DNA of 57,366 bases, counting the filler, from Porpidia crustulata (lineage: Eukaryota): the NCBI GenBank assembly GCA_964255105.1. It is 7 parts of 7 records of this genome, joined end to end, with 100 filler letters (N's around TTAATTAATTAA, not from the genome) between each part and the next. Parts side by side here need not be neighbours in the genome. Positions count along the whole stretch, not along the records: positions 32,893 to 40,989 come from CAXUWE010001169.1; positions 41,090 to 49,181 come from CAXUWE010001170.1; positions 49,282 to 57,366 come from CAXUWE010001171.1; 4 more parts are not named here. One strand, 5' to 3'. Both the position numbers and the translations under genes were made by a program. The notes below the pieces were generated by a model. That model was not told where the DNA came from, did no database searches, and worked only from the letters and a program-made list of their open reading frames with translations. Below are positions 39,402 through 50,558 of this stretch, piece by piece. Within the stretch, counting starts at the first letter, position 1, and every line of letters begins with the position of its first letter.

Positions 39402-40419
39402 ATGGCTGCAAAAACAGCGACATCCGTACCTCAATCTGATGCGGAAGTAGAATGCGACGAAGCCAAGATTATTGCCTCTCTTGCTCGGCTACAAGAAATG
39501 CATATTCAGGTGAGCTCTCCAGCAAATCCAAGTCTTTGCTGGCGTATTCTAACACCGACGACTGGTATCGTAGCTTCGCGAACTTCGCGACAGCGTTGCG
39601 CAGATTGTTGAACCAGCCATATTCCAACAAGCCTCGCCAGAAGACCTTTTCGTGAACTTCTCGCTTTCCGCCAAAAGCACAGCCAATGGAATTAAGAGCT
39701 TCACTAAGCTTCTAGGAGATACTCAAAGCAAGGAGATACTTGAGAAATCGAGGGAAAGGCGGGCCGTAGATCCGGAAGGTATTAAGGGGTGGTTGGTGAC
39801 CGAACATGAGGACTGGTTAGACGTGAGCAAAGAAGACGTTGCGGAGAACGGCGTGGTAGAAGAGTCAGAAGAGACTCATGAAAAGGCTTTAACTATTAAT
39901 ATGGACGACATACATGCGACTCTAGATAAATTCAAAGAGGTTCATCCAGAGATCAAAACATCACTGAGCAATAATTCGAAGATTGAAGTATGAGAATTTG
40001 TCGAGACACTATGCGATTTATGGCTAATAAAAGTAGGTATTTATGCCCGCTCCAGCTCAAATCAACTTTGAGGTTGAATGGCAAAACGCTCCAGGAACTC
40101 ACTCTATCTACAACGCCATCTGCAAAGGAAACTCTCGATTGCACACCGCCATTCAGCGTTCAGTTGCCGCCAGACCCCGACTCAACGACTTGGGTCACCT
40201 TCTGGCAAGTGCCCCTTCCTCTGAGATTTCATCTGTGCTAATAGCCTATAGGGGATGCTTGCGTCTTATACGGACTTGAAGTCTTCACCTTGTCTCAAGT
40301 GCCGGCGACTACTCGATCGAAATGCCCAATTCCCTGCGGTGAGAGCGCGAAGCAATACACGAGAAGCTGACGGTCGTTTCTCGCGACAATGGCAAGCGTT
40401 CCACGCCGGATGTATTTGA
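39402..40419 (+). CDS. med27: Mediator complex subunit Med27, 4 exons
   Basis: N-terminal LARLQEMHIQ|LRELR and W.VTEHEDWLD. Last exon MLASYTDLKSSPCLKCRRLL...P....WQAFHAGCI* matches the Med27 C-terminal CxxC...FHxxC zinc motif. Confidence 0.8.
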
Positions 40420-40445
40420 CAATCGGTCGACTGAGCGCCTATCGC

Positions 40446-40988
40446 TCACCAACCTTGACGGTCTCCGCTGTTCCAGTCCCAATATGGTGAACGGCGATTA
40501 TTGGCGAATGGATTTTCTGCTAGTCCAGCATTGAAGTAGCCATCATCAAAGTCAGGTTCAACGAACTGAACCCCAAATTGGTCTCGACGATAGAGCGGTA
40601 TGTGCGGCTCTTGATTGCTCCATTTCACATCACTCCAGACTCCGGCTCTTGGTCTTCTATACTTGCGAGATTTAAAGTCGTACCTCTCCTCTTCACCCCG
40701 TTGAGCCCAGGATGGCGGTAGCACTGAGTTTTTTTCCCGGTATAGGTACCCCAGATTGTTCCACCTGGGTGTGTCTGGGGGACAATATTCTCCTTTTGTT
40801 TCCCAGCCAGACCAGACGGGCCGATGTGGCTCCTTGGAGTATTGTCTTGAGATCCACATATCGGGGCCCTTTCCTGTGAATAAATCCCCTAGTCGGTCCC
40901 ATGTGCGGGCACCTTTCTGCTTCTTATCCCTTGGCCATACCACCTGCAGCTTCTTGTTACGTTTCCATGCTGTGGGATGCTCTTTAGG
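40446..40988 (-). CDS. Trp/Arg-rich hypothetical protein, 5'-truncated by contig end
   Basis: Reading frame is open from the contig edge (PKEHPTAWKRNKKLQVVWPRD...) to TGA at 40446. Protein-like composition, no recognised family. Confidence 0.6.
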   Translation of the reverse strand, partial: PKEHPTAWKRNKKLQVVWPRDKKQKGARTWDRLGDLFTGKGPDMWISRQYSKEPHRPVWSGWETKGEYCPPDTPRWNNLGYLYREKNSVLPPSWAQRGEEERYDFKSRKYRRPRAGVWSDVKWSNQEPHIPLYRRDQFGVQFVEPDFDDGYFNAGLAENPFANNRRSPYWDWNSGDRQGW

Positions 40989-40989
40989 T

Positions 40990-41089
40990 NNNNNNNNNNN
41001 NNNNNNNNNNNNNNNNNNNNNNNNNNNNNNNNNTTAATTAATTAANNNNNNNNNNNNNNNNNNNNNNNNNNNNNNNNNNNNNNNNNNNN
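40990..41089. other. Artificial contig linker
   Basis: N44-TTAATTAATTAA-N44. Confidence 0.98.
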
Positions 41090-43380
41090 GGGGTTCATGG
41101 GATGGGATGGTGGTGGGGGAGGTATCGGTGCCGTAGGGATGATAAGGTGGAGGTTTGAGTGTGGATAGTTTGTTTTCTTTTGCAATTGTGGGCTTGTTTC
41201 CAGTGGTATTCGCTCTCGTATTTCCAGCGGGATACGGTTGTCGGTTCGTGGGTGTACCCATATTGTTTAATCTGAGCGTTTGTTCCCGCGAATTTTTCCA
41301 CGTCTCGAAGTATTCCGTAAGTCCCGACCCTGTATCCTCCGTCAATAGAGGCAAATTCTCAGGCGACGGTCTCGCAAGCAAATCGCCTAGTCGGTAGTAT
41401 GCGCTTGGGGCTTTGGGTGTCTTGTATGCGTCGCTGCCGCCACCATTGTTCGTGATAGTTGAAGCCTCCGGGCTTCGACTTAGTCTTCGGGCATTTTTCA
41501 CGACGTCAATGTTCTCTCCATCCTCAGCTACTAATGGTACGGCATTAGCACCATGATCACGGCGACTTAACCGACGATTCTGCTTCTGATTCGCCGACTG
41601 TTCACTAGTCCTGGGTAACATCTGATGATTGGGATCTTTATGTCTCAGTACCGAATGCTCATTCGGCTCTACGCCCTTGCGTTTAGGAACATTTTGCATT
41701 TCAGGTTCAAGTCGACCATGATTCGTTGTGGTTAATTCGAGTTCACCACCGGATTCTTTTACCGAGAGGAGTTGTTGATTCGCGTCAACTTTCGCTCGCC
41801 TGTCCATGGTTTTCTCATTTTGCACGAATTGCTGAGCGCGAATTTTGTTTTTACCTCCTTGGAGCCACTTTGGAACTTTGAAATCCAACTCAGCCTGCTT
41901 TCGAGATTTATCCATGTTGCGTTGCTCGTCTTCCCAAAGCCTTACTCCGTATCCTTCCAGCTCCTTCGTACGAAAATCTCTGTTAAGAACGGGAGACTCT
42001 TTGGGTCTTAGCTCAGCTCCCTCGTCTCTACAATCATCATGGTTGATATCAGGATCGTTATCCTCGGGTACATAGTCCAATAGGACTTCACCCGTTTCTG
42101 TAGTGGTAGAGGCCTTGAGCATGGAGGGCCTCATACGCTGGAGCTCAAGGCGTCTCCTCTTCCTTGGTGTAAGAAGTCTGTTCCCAACTTCATCTAAATC
42201 CAGACTATCATCCAAACCTCCGAGCCCCATACCAAAACCAGGCGCAGCAGGACTGCTGGAATTTTGCTCGCTTTTGATACGTAAAGGCTTTGCAGCACTA
42301 CCGGTCACCTCAAGATCATTATCGTGTAACTCTTTATCATTATTATTGGCTGTTGGCTGAACTCTTTTTCTCTTCAGAGACCTCTCAAAGACGACGACGG
42401 GCGTATCAGCATCTGTTTCCACTAGTCCTATCACTGGATTCAGCTCCCGTGGCGTCTGATTCTTTTGATCATTGACGTGCCTATCCGCATTCAACTGTTT
42501 TTCAGGGTCGCTGAAAGCACTCAACGGCCTGATAGTTCCATCATTCGTAAGTGGATGTGTATCTTGCGTAAGAGCTTCGTGACCTGGGATTGCATTGGGA
42601 GTTTGGTGATAGTCATCCAGATTCAACCTGCAGTGCTGTCCTAGAAGATTTAAGTCTGTCTTCGCTTCCTGAGGTGAATCGAGTCTTGTCGGAGTGCCAG
42701 ATGATCCTGGTGGTAGAAACACGTCTTCATGAAACATAGGTGGGGCAGGTTCACCAGGGGTGTTTTGGTGCTCACCAGCTATCGTGGAGTTTGATTCTGT
42801 GGTATTCTCTGTGGAATCCTTAACTTTCAAGCTCCTGCCATGCCTCAACTCCTGCTCCCGCACGTAGGCTCGCGCTTTTTGGGCGACATCCTTGAAGAAC
42901 CTGCATCTGGCTTCTAAGGTGTTTCTTGCCGCAAAAAGCTTTCCATAATCTTGTTCTAGGCCAGCCAGACTATTCTGTAGCTGTATATGTTCTCTAACAT
43001 CAACACTGGAGCTTCGACGGGCTCGGAGGTCCTGGACTTCTTCCTCCAATTCCATTACCCTAGAAGCTTGTTGCCGTAGCAAAGTAATGGATTGGACATC
43101 GTCAAAGTTCCTTAGACCGACAGTCTGGCACCGTAAAATGAACTCTTCCGCCTTGTCTGCCCTTTGTTGGAGCTTGTGATTCTCATCTTCATACTTTTTC
43201 CTCTCAAAGGTAAAAGCATCATCACCTGTATGCAAGCATTAAGATTCTCGGTCGATAGGTGGGTGAAGGAAGATCGGACGCACGCCGAGCAAATTCTTCT
43301 TTCAGTATCTGATCGAAGTCATTCAATTCCTTGCTTAAAATGTTGGATAGAGATATTTTATGCTTCGCGAAGGCCTCCAT
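41090..43380 (-). CDS. Probable Sae2/CtIP/Ctp1 DNA end-resection factor (N-terminal coiled coil; conserved C-terminus lost at contig end)
   Basis: Exon 1 MEAFAKH...EEFARR starts at 43380 and a GTGCGT...ATACAG intron joins it in frame to the 733-aa ORF. N-terminal coiled coil, IKSEQNSSSP, SLDLDEVG..TPRKRR, VAEDGE and terminal P.HEP recall Pezizomycotina Sae2 proteins. The diagnostic CxxC/RHR region is not in the window. The CDS itself is secure, the product call is inferred. Confidence 0.55.
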
Positions 43381-43494
43381 CAGATAACAAACGTTTCATT
43401 TGGCAGTACGAGAAAGCCCAAGTATTACCAAAGGTATTCCTACTCAAGGCGGCTCCCTGGGCACTTTTGACTGAGTATTGCGATTCTGACAGAG

Positions 43495-43635
43495 ACGCGA
43501 CTTGGTCGGAAGACGCGAGGTTAGCTTTGGGTTTGTTATCTTATCTCCGACGAAAACCCGATAGATCTGTATCTTATCCTTGGATCTCCGCAATAGCTGT
43601 CAAATTTGCTTGAGGTAATCGATTTGTATACGCGT
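43495..43635. promoter_or_regulatory. MCB/MCB-like elements in a short divergent promoter
   Basis: ACGCGA at 43495 and 43513 and ACGCGT at 43630, within the 263 bp between the divergent start codons. Confidence 0.45.
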
Positions 43636-43643
43636 AGACTAAT

Positions 43644-45377
43644 ATGAGTAAGCGCAACTATGATTATGTTGATGAAGATGATGATGGCCGTTTGCCAAAG
43701 CGTCTGCGACCCACCGAGTCGGATCGTCTGTCTACCCTGAGTGATGAGCTTCTCTTAAAAATCCTCTCATACCTCCCGATCTCTGATCTCACGGTGTACC
43801 AAAGGTGCGTGCGGCGGATCTCCGCAGAAAATCTGGACTGACCGACTAGACTTTCGCATCGTCTGAAATCTCTGGCGGTTGACTCACAATTATGGAAGTC
43901 TGCGTATTACGATCGATTTGTGCGCCCTCGAGCGTCAAGAATACCTGGTATTCGAGATCAAGAGCTATCTGCAAGATCTCTGTTCTACTCATCCAGAGTC
44001 TCTAAATGGCTCGAAGACGACCATCTTGTAAGAGGGGGTAGAGCTACGAACTGGAAAAGACAATACAAATTGCGGCATAATTGGTCCAAGGGGAGTTGTA
44101 GTGTCACTGAAACGCAAGTGGCGAAACTACCTTCAATACCACCGCTGCTGGTCCGCTTGCACGGATGCACGGTAGTAGTGGCAGACTCTACCGGGGGATT
44201 GCGAGCATATCATACGATGGGAAAGCACCACCTGGTAGCGAGCACAAGTTGGCCTGATAATGAAGGATCCCTTACCATCCCAACCTCCTTGGCAATAGAC
44301 GTCTCTACTTTAAGCACTGATATACTGGACATCTCGGTCGGTTTCTCTGACGGAAGGTTTATGGTCTATCGACTTGACAACGCGAAACGGGGTTTCACAA
44401 TCCTATATACACACGCTCCATCATCTAACGGTGCCGTCTCCGCTATCGCCTTTGCTTCACCGTATCTTCTCACAATGACCGATGCACAGCTCCTATCCCT
44501 ATACATATTTCCGAACGTAGCTAACAACGACCCGAACGACCTTATCCTTGGACCACCTCACTTATTGTCATCTCTGAAATCACATACGGCATGGCCGCCG
44601 TTAGTACTGTCGATAAGAGCTTCTACAAAGAGTATCTATGCCTCAATAGCTTATTCGATGCCCACGTATCTTGCTGGATGGTCTGTTGGATTGCAAGAAC
44701 TTCGCCTTGCAACGGATGGTAGAATTCTAGAGTCGCGTTTGGCATCCGCTGTGAATCAAGGCTTTGTCCCGCTCTTTATGTCTTCTCCATCCTCATCTCG
44801 CTCGAGTCCAAGGGCAGGATCGTCACCCGCCCAAGCTGCCGTCTCTGCCCCCAGACCACCTTCCACTAGACCTACTTCGCTGTCATACACTCATCCCTAT
44901 CTCCTCGCGGCTCACCCAGACAATACCTTGACCCTCTATCTTGTGACATCGAACGCCGAAAGTCTGTCCATTGGGGCAGGAGAACGCTTATGGGGCCATA
45001 CATCGTCAGTCTCTGGCGCCCAGGTCGGCGATCGCGGCAAGGCTGTCTCCGTGAGCGCGCATGGCAACGAAATCAGAGTTTGGAATCTCGAGGGAGGCTT
45101 CTCATCCAATTCGTCGAAACGTCGTGTCGCTGCTGGCGAAGCTAGTGTTCAGGTTCGTCCGGAAAGAAAGAAAGACGAGAACGGCCGAGAAGAGTCCGAG
45201 ATGATGTCACGATATAACTTCCATCCGGGGTATCATGGTAACTTAGACCCCGAGGATATGGATCGTGAAGAGTTAACAATCACAAAGAATTGGGTGGGTT
45301 TTGATGACGAAAAGGTAGTATTACTTCGAGAAAAGATGCATGGAGCTCAAAATCTTGCAGTGTATGATTTTACTTGA
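43644..45377 (+). CDS. F-box protein with a degenerate WD40-like propeller; exons 43644-43804, 43850-45377
   Basis: F-box LSTLSDELLLKILSYLP....YQR|LSHRLKSLAVDSQLWK, NWKRQYKLRHNW and WD-like LWGHTSSVSG...EIRVWNLE. Intron 43805-43849. Confidence 0.9.
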
Positions 45378-45978
45378 TCTGATTGCAATAGATTATTAGG
45401 TATGTCACAGTATCTACATTGTCTATATGATTCTGCAGGATATGGAGGTAACACCTGCATCCACACAATCTCGATCAAACACACAATTGTGCCTGAAGAT
45501 ATGACAGCATTTCCGTTGACCGTAGAAAATTTTCCGTGAATTCCAAGGACTCATAATTTTATTTGGATTCAGACCAACCGCTGTCAAAAGCCGTTGCGAA
45601 TCCTTCAGCTATTGGTACTGGGAACCTGCCAGGGCTGCGAACTGAATCTATTCCACGGCTGGGGTCTTAAGCGAGCCAATAATGAGCTAGTAGTGCGAGG
45701 TACGCAAACTGCCGTCCCACAGCCAAGGGTATCAACCTACCGCAAATAATTCCTAGCAGTAAACTTCCGCGTCAACACAGCCTTTCACTTCAGCAACGCT
45801 TGAATTTCTCCACGCTTCTTGCTCTGCTCGATACATAGAAAATCTTTGTACATCAAACACCGATGTACGTATCTTCCGGCTTCGACCTTTCCTTACTCCT
45901 CCATAGAATCCTGAGCCTGGTCAAGGGCTACCAAACTGACCTTTCACCTCAGTAGTATATCAGAAACCACAAAACATC

Positions 45979-46933
45979 ATGGATTATCAGACTTCTGGCG
46001 GTCGCGGTTGCTACAATTGTGAGTCTAGATTGAATTTTCTACAGTCGCAATCCTGTTCTCCTAGTGACGCCTGCGCAATGAGGTGCCTTCTTGGAGGATC
46101 ACGTTTCGATGCCATGTTGTTGATCATGTCATAAGCATAATTCTCAAAAACTTGAAATGCCACGATCACAGAGTATACAACGACACTGAGCCCCACTTTT
46201 ACCTGGGGTTGCAGTATCTTAAAGCTCTCTTCCTGCTTGTTCTTGTGCTTTCCACCACTTTGCCTTCATTATTTTACGTTCGCTCTCGCAAAATCTTATT
46301 GCTATATTGCTTACATATCATTTCAGGTGGCGATAGCTCCCATCAAGCTCGAGATTGCCCAAAGCGCGGCACCCCAACCTGCTACAACTGCGGCGAGGAA
46401 GGTCATGTAAGCCGCGAATGCAACGCGCCCCAGAAAGAAAAGTCATGCTACCGCTGTGGTGAAGCCGGGCACATCTCACGCGATTGTCCAAACCCCGGTG
46501 CCGGTGGTGGAGGTGCTCCAAGTGGCGCAGGTGGATACTCCGGCGGTGGCGGAGGCGGACAGGAATGCTACAAGTGCGGCAAAGTCGGACACATTGCTCG
46601 TAACTGCACGGAGGGCTCATACGGAGGCGGTGGAGGAGGAGGATACGGTGGCCAGAGCCAAGGTGGTTATGGTGGTGGAGGCTACGGAGGTGGAGCTCGT
46701 CAAGGACAAACTTGCTACTCGTGCGGAGGATACGGCCACATGTCTCGCGACTGCACGCAAGGGCAAAAATGCTACAACTGTATGACCCTTTCCACCTCTT
46801 GGAGTTATTACTAACGGCCACAGGTGGTGAGGTTGGTCATCTGAGTCGCGACTGTCCCTCAGAGCCTTCATCTGAGCGCGTTTGCTACAAATGCAAGCAG
46901 CCCGGCCATGTCCAGGCAGCTTGCCCTAATTAG
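45979..46933 (+). CDS. byr3: CNBP/Byr3/Gis2 family CCHC zinc-knuckle protein (7 knuckles); exons 45979-46018, 46327-46779, 46824-46933
   Basis: Seven CYxCGxxGHxxRxC-type knuckles with Gly-rich linkers, ending [17 protein letters not shown] 5'UTR intron is likely at about 45865-45952. Confidence 0.93.
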
Positions 46934-47710
46934 CCACACCGCGGTCCTCCACGCTTAGTAGACGGGATGATCTAGGATACTCGCAACGGGGAATATGGTT
47001 CTTTCTGTCCCAGAAAAATTTCAATGGAACTCCAACTGCATGTGGAAGGAGGTGGCATCGGCCCGGAAGATTCTTTGAATTTTTCTTTCTTGTATAATCT
47101 TCGGAAAACATGCTGAAGGTTTGGCATTTTTTTCACGAAAAGCAGCGGCAGCGAAAAGAAACGTTCTACTTGTCTATTATCAGCCGATGGGGCGCTGCAT
47201 AGCATGCTACTCGCATCGGGGAATGGTATTCATGTACGCTATCGACGAATGTCTGTTACGGCCGCCGTGGATCATCCACGCGAAGATAGAAAGCTTTCAG
47301 GGAGAAATTTCGGCTACGCTTTGCCGCCTGTGCTGTGACGCTCCTACGTGCTGATGAAGCTGTCGTAGCTAATCTCTTTTCCATGGGTTCTTGAAAACTA
47401 TGCTGATTCTAGGACTGACGGCCCCAACCACTGACCTTTGCCATTGATTCTGCCACATGGCTCAATCCTAGCCTAGCATAGCCTTCGCATGGTCACCATC
47501 AGATCCAGTATCAGCCGTACCCAACGACCGTACTCCAGCAATCCAAATCTGGCATCAAAGAATCAGAAAGCTGCGATGGTAAGTATCTCACTAACCACCA
47601 ATAAGACTTGTCTCTCCCAAATGGAAAATCCTCATCATTCCTAAAGCTCATAGCATCAGAATTCGTCATCCTTGATTGATGCTTGTACCTAATCATCTGA
47701 TGCTTGACCT

Positions 47711-47729
47711 CTTCTTCTTCTTCTTCTTC
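47711..47729 (+). repeat. (CTT)6 microsatellite
   Basis: cttcttcttcttcttcttc. Confidence 0.8.
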
Positions 47730-49181
47730 GCTCAATCCTACGAAACAAAACGACAGCTTCCACGTCGTACGGAGCCTCCGAGCTTACGGGACATTTTACT
47801 GGGAATTTCTATTTGGACGGATGACGTTGCTGGATATCATCGACTATGCGGTGTCATTTACTAAGTCTGAACTGATTTATAGTAGGTACTTGTGGTATCA
47901 TGCTGATATACATTCAACGGTATTAGTAAGTAAGTAGATTGTCAACATTCCCAGCAAAATCCCGTTTTTCTATTGGAACATCAGCCTTCTACTAAATTGA
48001 TAAAACCGACCCGACAGCGATAGCAAGACAAAACCGCTCATCAAGAATTAATCCATACCATTCTCGCAAATCAATCCATCTCCCAATTCCCACAACCCAT
48101 TGACCTGCCCTACTGACGCCGCCAAATCCCCTACTCACTTTATCGTAAACCACTTTATATACGATAAGCCTCTCTGTTCCTCGAACTCGAAAAATCGTAT
48201 TATTGGTTCCTTTCGCCAGCTTCGAAGGTGTTGATTTTTTATCAACTACGGATCCGCTATTTTAATCAAATATATAGCAAACGATGGATTTGTGAGGAGA
48301 AGCCATACCCATACCTAGGCGGCCTGTTCCATAATTCTCCACCCAGCGCAGCCAAAGTTCCTCGTTCAACAGTAGTCACCTGGCGGTTTCATGTCATGTG
48401 AATTTCGAAGGGAAGGGTTAGGAGAGCTAGAGGGATTGGTTTTGGAGGAGATACGGGTGGGGATGGGGGAGCAATATATGGATTAGGTTTACGAGGAAGT
48501 CGGAATGATTGGGTAGGTGGTGATTGGTTTGAAGGTGTTGGAGCGGGGGTGTGGAGGATGGCGATGGGAGGGGTGTGAAGGTGTGGGATTGTGAGATGGA
48601 TGGAGTTAGTTTCGTTGATCACATATTCAGATATATAATCACGTATCGACAAGTAGACGTATTGCTATGCGGCGAGTCTTCTCATACGATCTTCAATCTC
48701 TTCACCGGACAATATCTAATAACCTTAACCGACAACAAACTTCAACCATGCACGCATTTCCATCATACATTAGACACCAACGTCAGTGAAAAGAGCCATC
48801 GCTGATGGTTTTGCTGTATACTGCCACTCAAGTAGAGTAACAGGAGATGGCCTTCGAGGCGTTGGGGTTCTGTGGGATATCGAGATGGTTTGATATTTAT
48901 GATGAGCATTGTTGTTGCGGAATCTACCCCTGTTTTTCAATGAGGGCGGACGAAATTGTTTTGTTATCATCACTTACTACAATGAAAACTATGCTTTCTT
49001 TCGAATAGAGCATGCGAGACGTGTTGCTGTGTGGCGCACTGAAGGTATGACTACCGCTGAGGAAGATGGTGTACGATCGAGCGAGTCGTCTATCTACAAA
49101 GGAAGCAATTCCAATCGATTTTTGCAAAGAAAAAAACAAGAGAGCGCTTGCGTTGATTTTTTTTCCGGATAGATGTTGATG

Positions 49182-49281
49182 NNNNNNNNNNNNNNNNNNN
49201 NNNNNNNNNNNNNNNNNNNNNNNNNTTAATTAATTAANNNNNNNNNNNNNNNNNNNNNNNNNNNNNNNNNNNNNNNNNNNN
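49182..49281. other. Artificial contig linker
   Basis: N44-TTAATTAATTAA-N44. Confidence 0.98.
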
Positions 49282-49477
49282 ACTCAATCCACAACCCTTT
49301 TCACCCTAAGTCAGCCCATCATATATCTCAACAGAAGCAATAATAAAAAACGAAGCAGTGAATAATGCACTGAATAAAGCCCTAGTTCAGTCTTAAACTC
49401 AGCAGTCGGATGTTAATGATTAATAACATTCAGCGTCAAGTACGCAATGGTCTGCCGTAATCGTACAATTCTGGATT

Positions 49478-49577
49478 AAATTTTTTAGCTTCTCTCTGAT
49501 TGAGCGTGTCATCCTTAGTGCAGGGGCCATGCTAATCTTCTCTGTATCGTTTCAAATTGACCAAATGCCCGAAGGCA
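49478..49577 (-). ncRNA. U6: U6 spliceosomal snRNA (intronless, atypical 3' end)
   Basis: Minus strand reads TGCCTTCGGGCATTTGGTCAATTTGAAACGATACAGAGAAGATTAGCATGGCCCCTGCACTAAGGATGACACGCTCAATCAGAGAGAAGCTA. It has the 5' stem-loop, internal A box TGGTCAATTTG, ACAGAGA box (49545-49539), AGC triad and ISL. Confidence 0.96.
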
Positions 49578-49598
49578 AATTTTTGTTAACGTAACTGA

Positions 49599-49606
49599 AT
49601 TATATA
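49599..49606 (-). promoter_or_regulatory. U6 TATA box
   Basis: TATATAAT about 23-30 bp upstream of the U6 5' end, the expected Pol III TATA position. Confidence 0.75.
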
Positions 49607-49854
49607 CTTTTTCAATAAAAAAAGTCGAGATTTTGCGATTTGCAGAAATAGGTATGCACGCTAGAGGCAGGAAAATCAACATCGCAAAACTTCATCCCTA
49701 TTAAAGTTGTAACTATGTATCTGCAGAACACACCATCTGAACGTTATTATTCACAAAGACAAATGATAACGAACGCAAATAACGAGATCGAATGGTACAC
49801 TATTAGACTACGTCGATTCTTCGAAATCTATCGCTGAAACAATCAACAAAATCT

Positions 49855-49899
49855 AATTAATACCGATGCGGATCGAATTAATACCGATGCGGATCGAAT
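49855..49899 (+). repeat. Perfect 21-bp tandem duplication
   Basis: AATTAATACCGATGCGGATCG twice, plus AAT. Confidence 0.9.
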
Positions 49900-50558
49900 C
49901 TTTCTACCTCTCCGCCTAATATAATAAAACAAATGCACAAGATATATATATCCCTTCAGCTGCCACTCGATGTACCATCTGGATCATCAAGTATCATACC
50001 TATTACCTACCTACACAGACTTATCTTACACTAGCCCTAACACTACATCCATATTCGACAAGCCTTCATCTTTTAGAGTAGCTGATACTGCTGATATGGG
50101 TAGGTATACCTAATGATTATCCGTCCAGATGTGGTGCCCGATAGAGTAATCAATCCTGATGGGCACACCGACTGGCCAGCTGAGGGGATGTTTATTGAAT
50201 TGTCGCAAACTATGATAGTAAGGTGGTTGGTATGATAGTTAGTCGCGGTGCAAACGGATATGCTTGAGGTGAAATGCGAATGTGAAATTGGGAAATCTAG
50301 TAACTCGAAAGTTCGATAATCAATCTAAGATGGTAGCCGTAATTAATGAGTTCTTGCATCCTACGAAAGTATTGCCGCATCCCCAACTACTACCCAGACA
50401 GACCATTTAACCCTCTCATGGACCAATATCAGCCATGGTCTATTGTCTAATGTCAATTCGATGTTGAAATTCAGAAACACTCGACAGCTCTCCATTTCGC
50501 AACCAGCTCGTTATCCACAGCTGATCAACATCAACATCAACATAAAGTCCGCCAGCCA

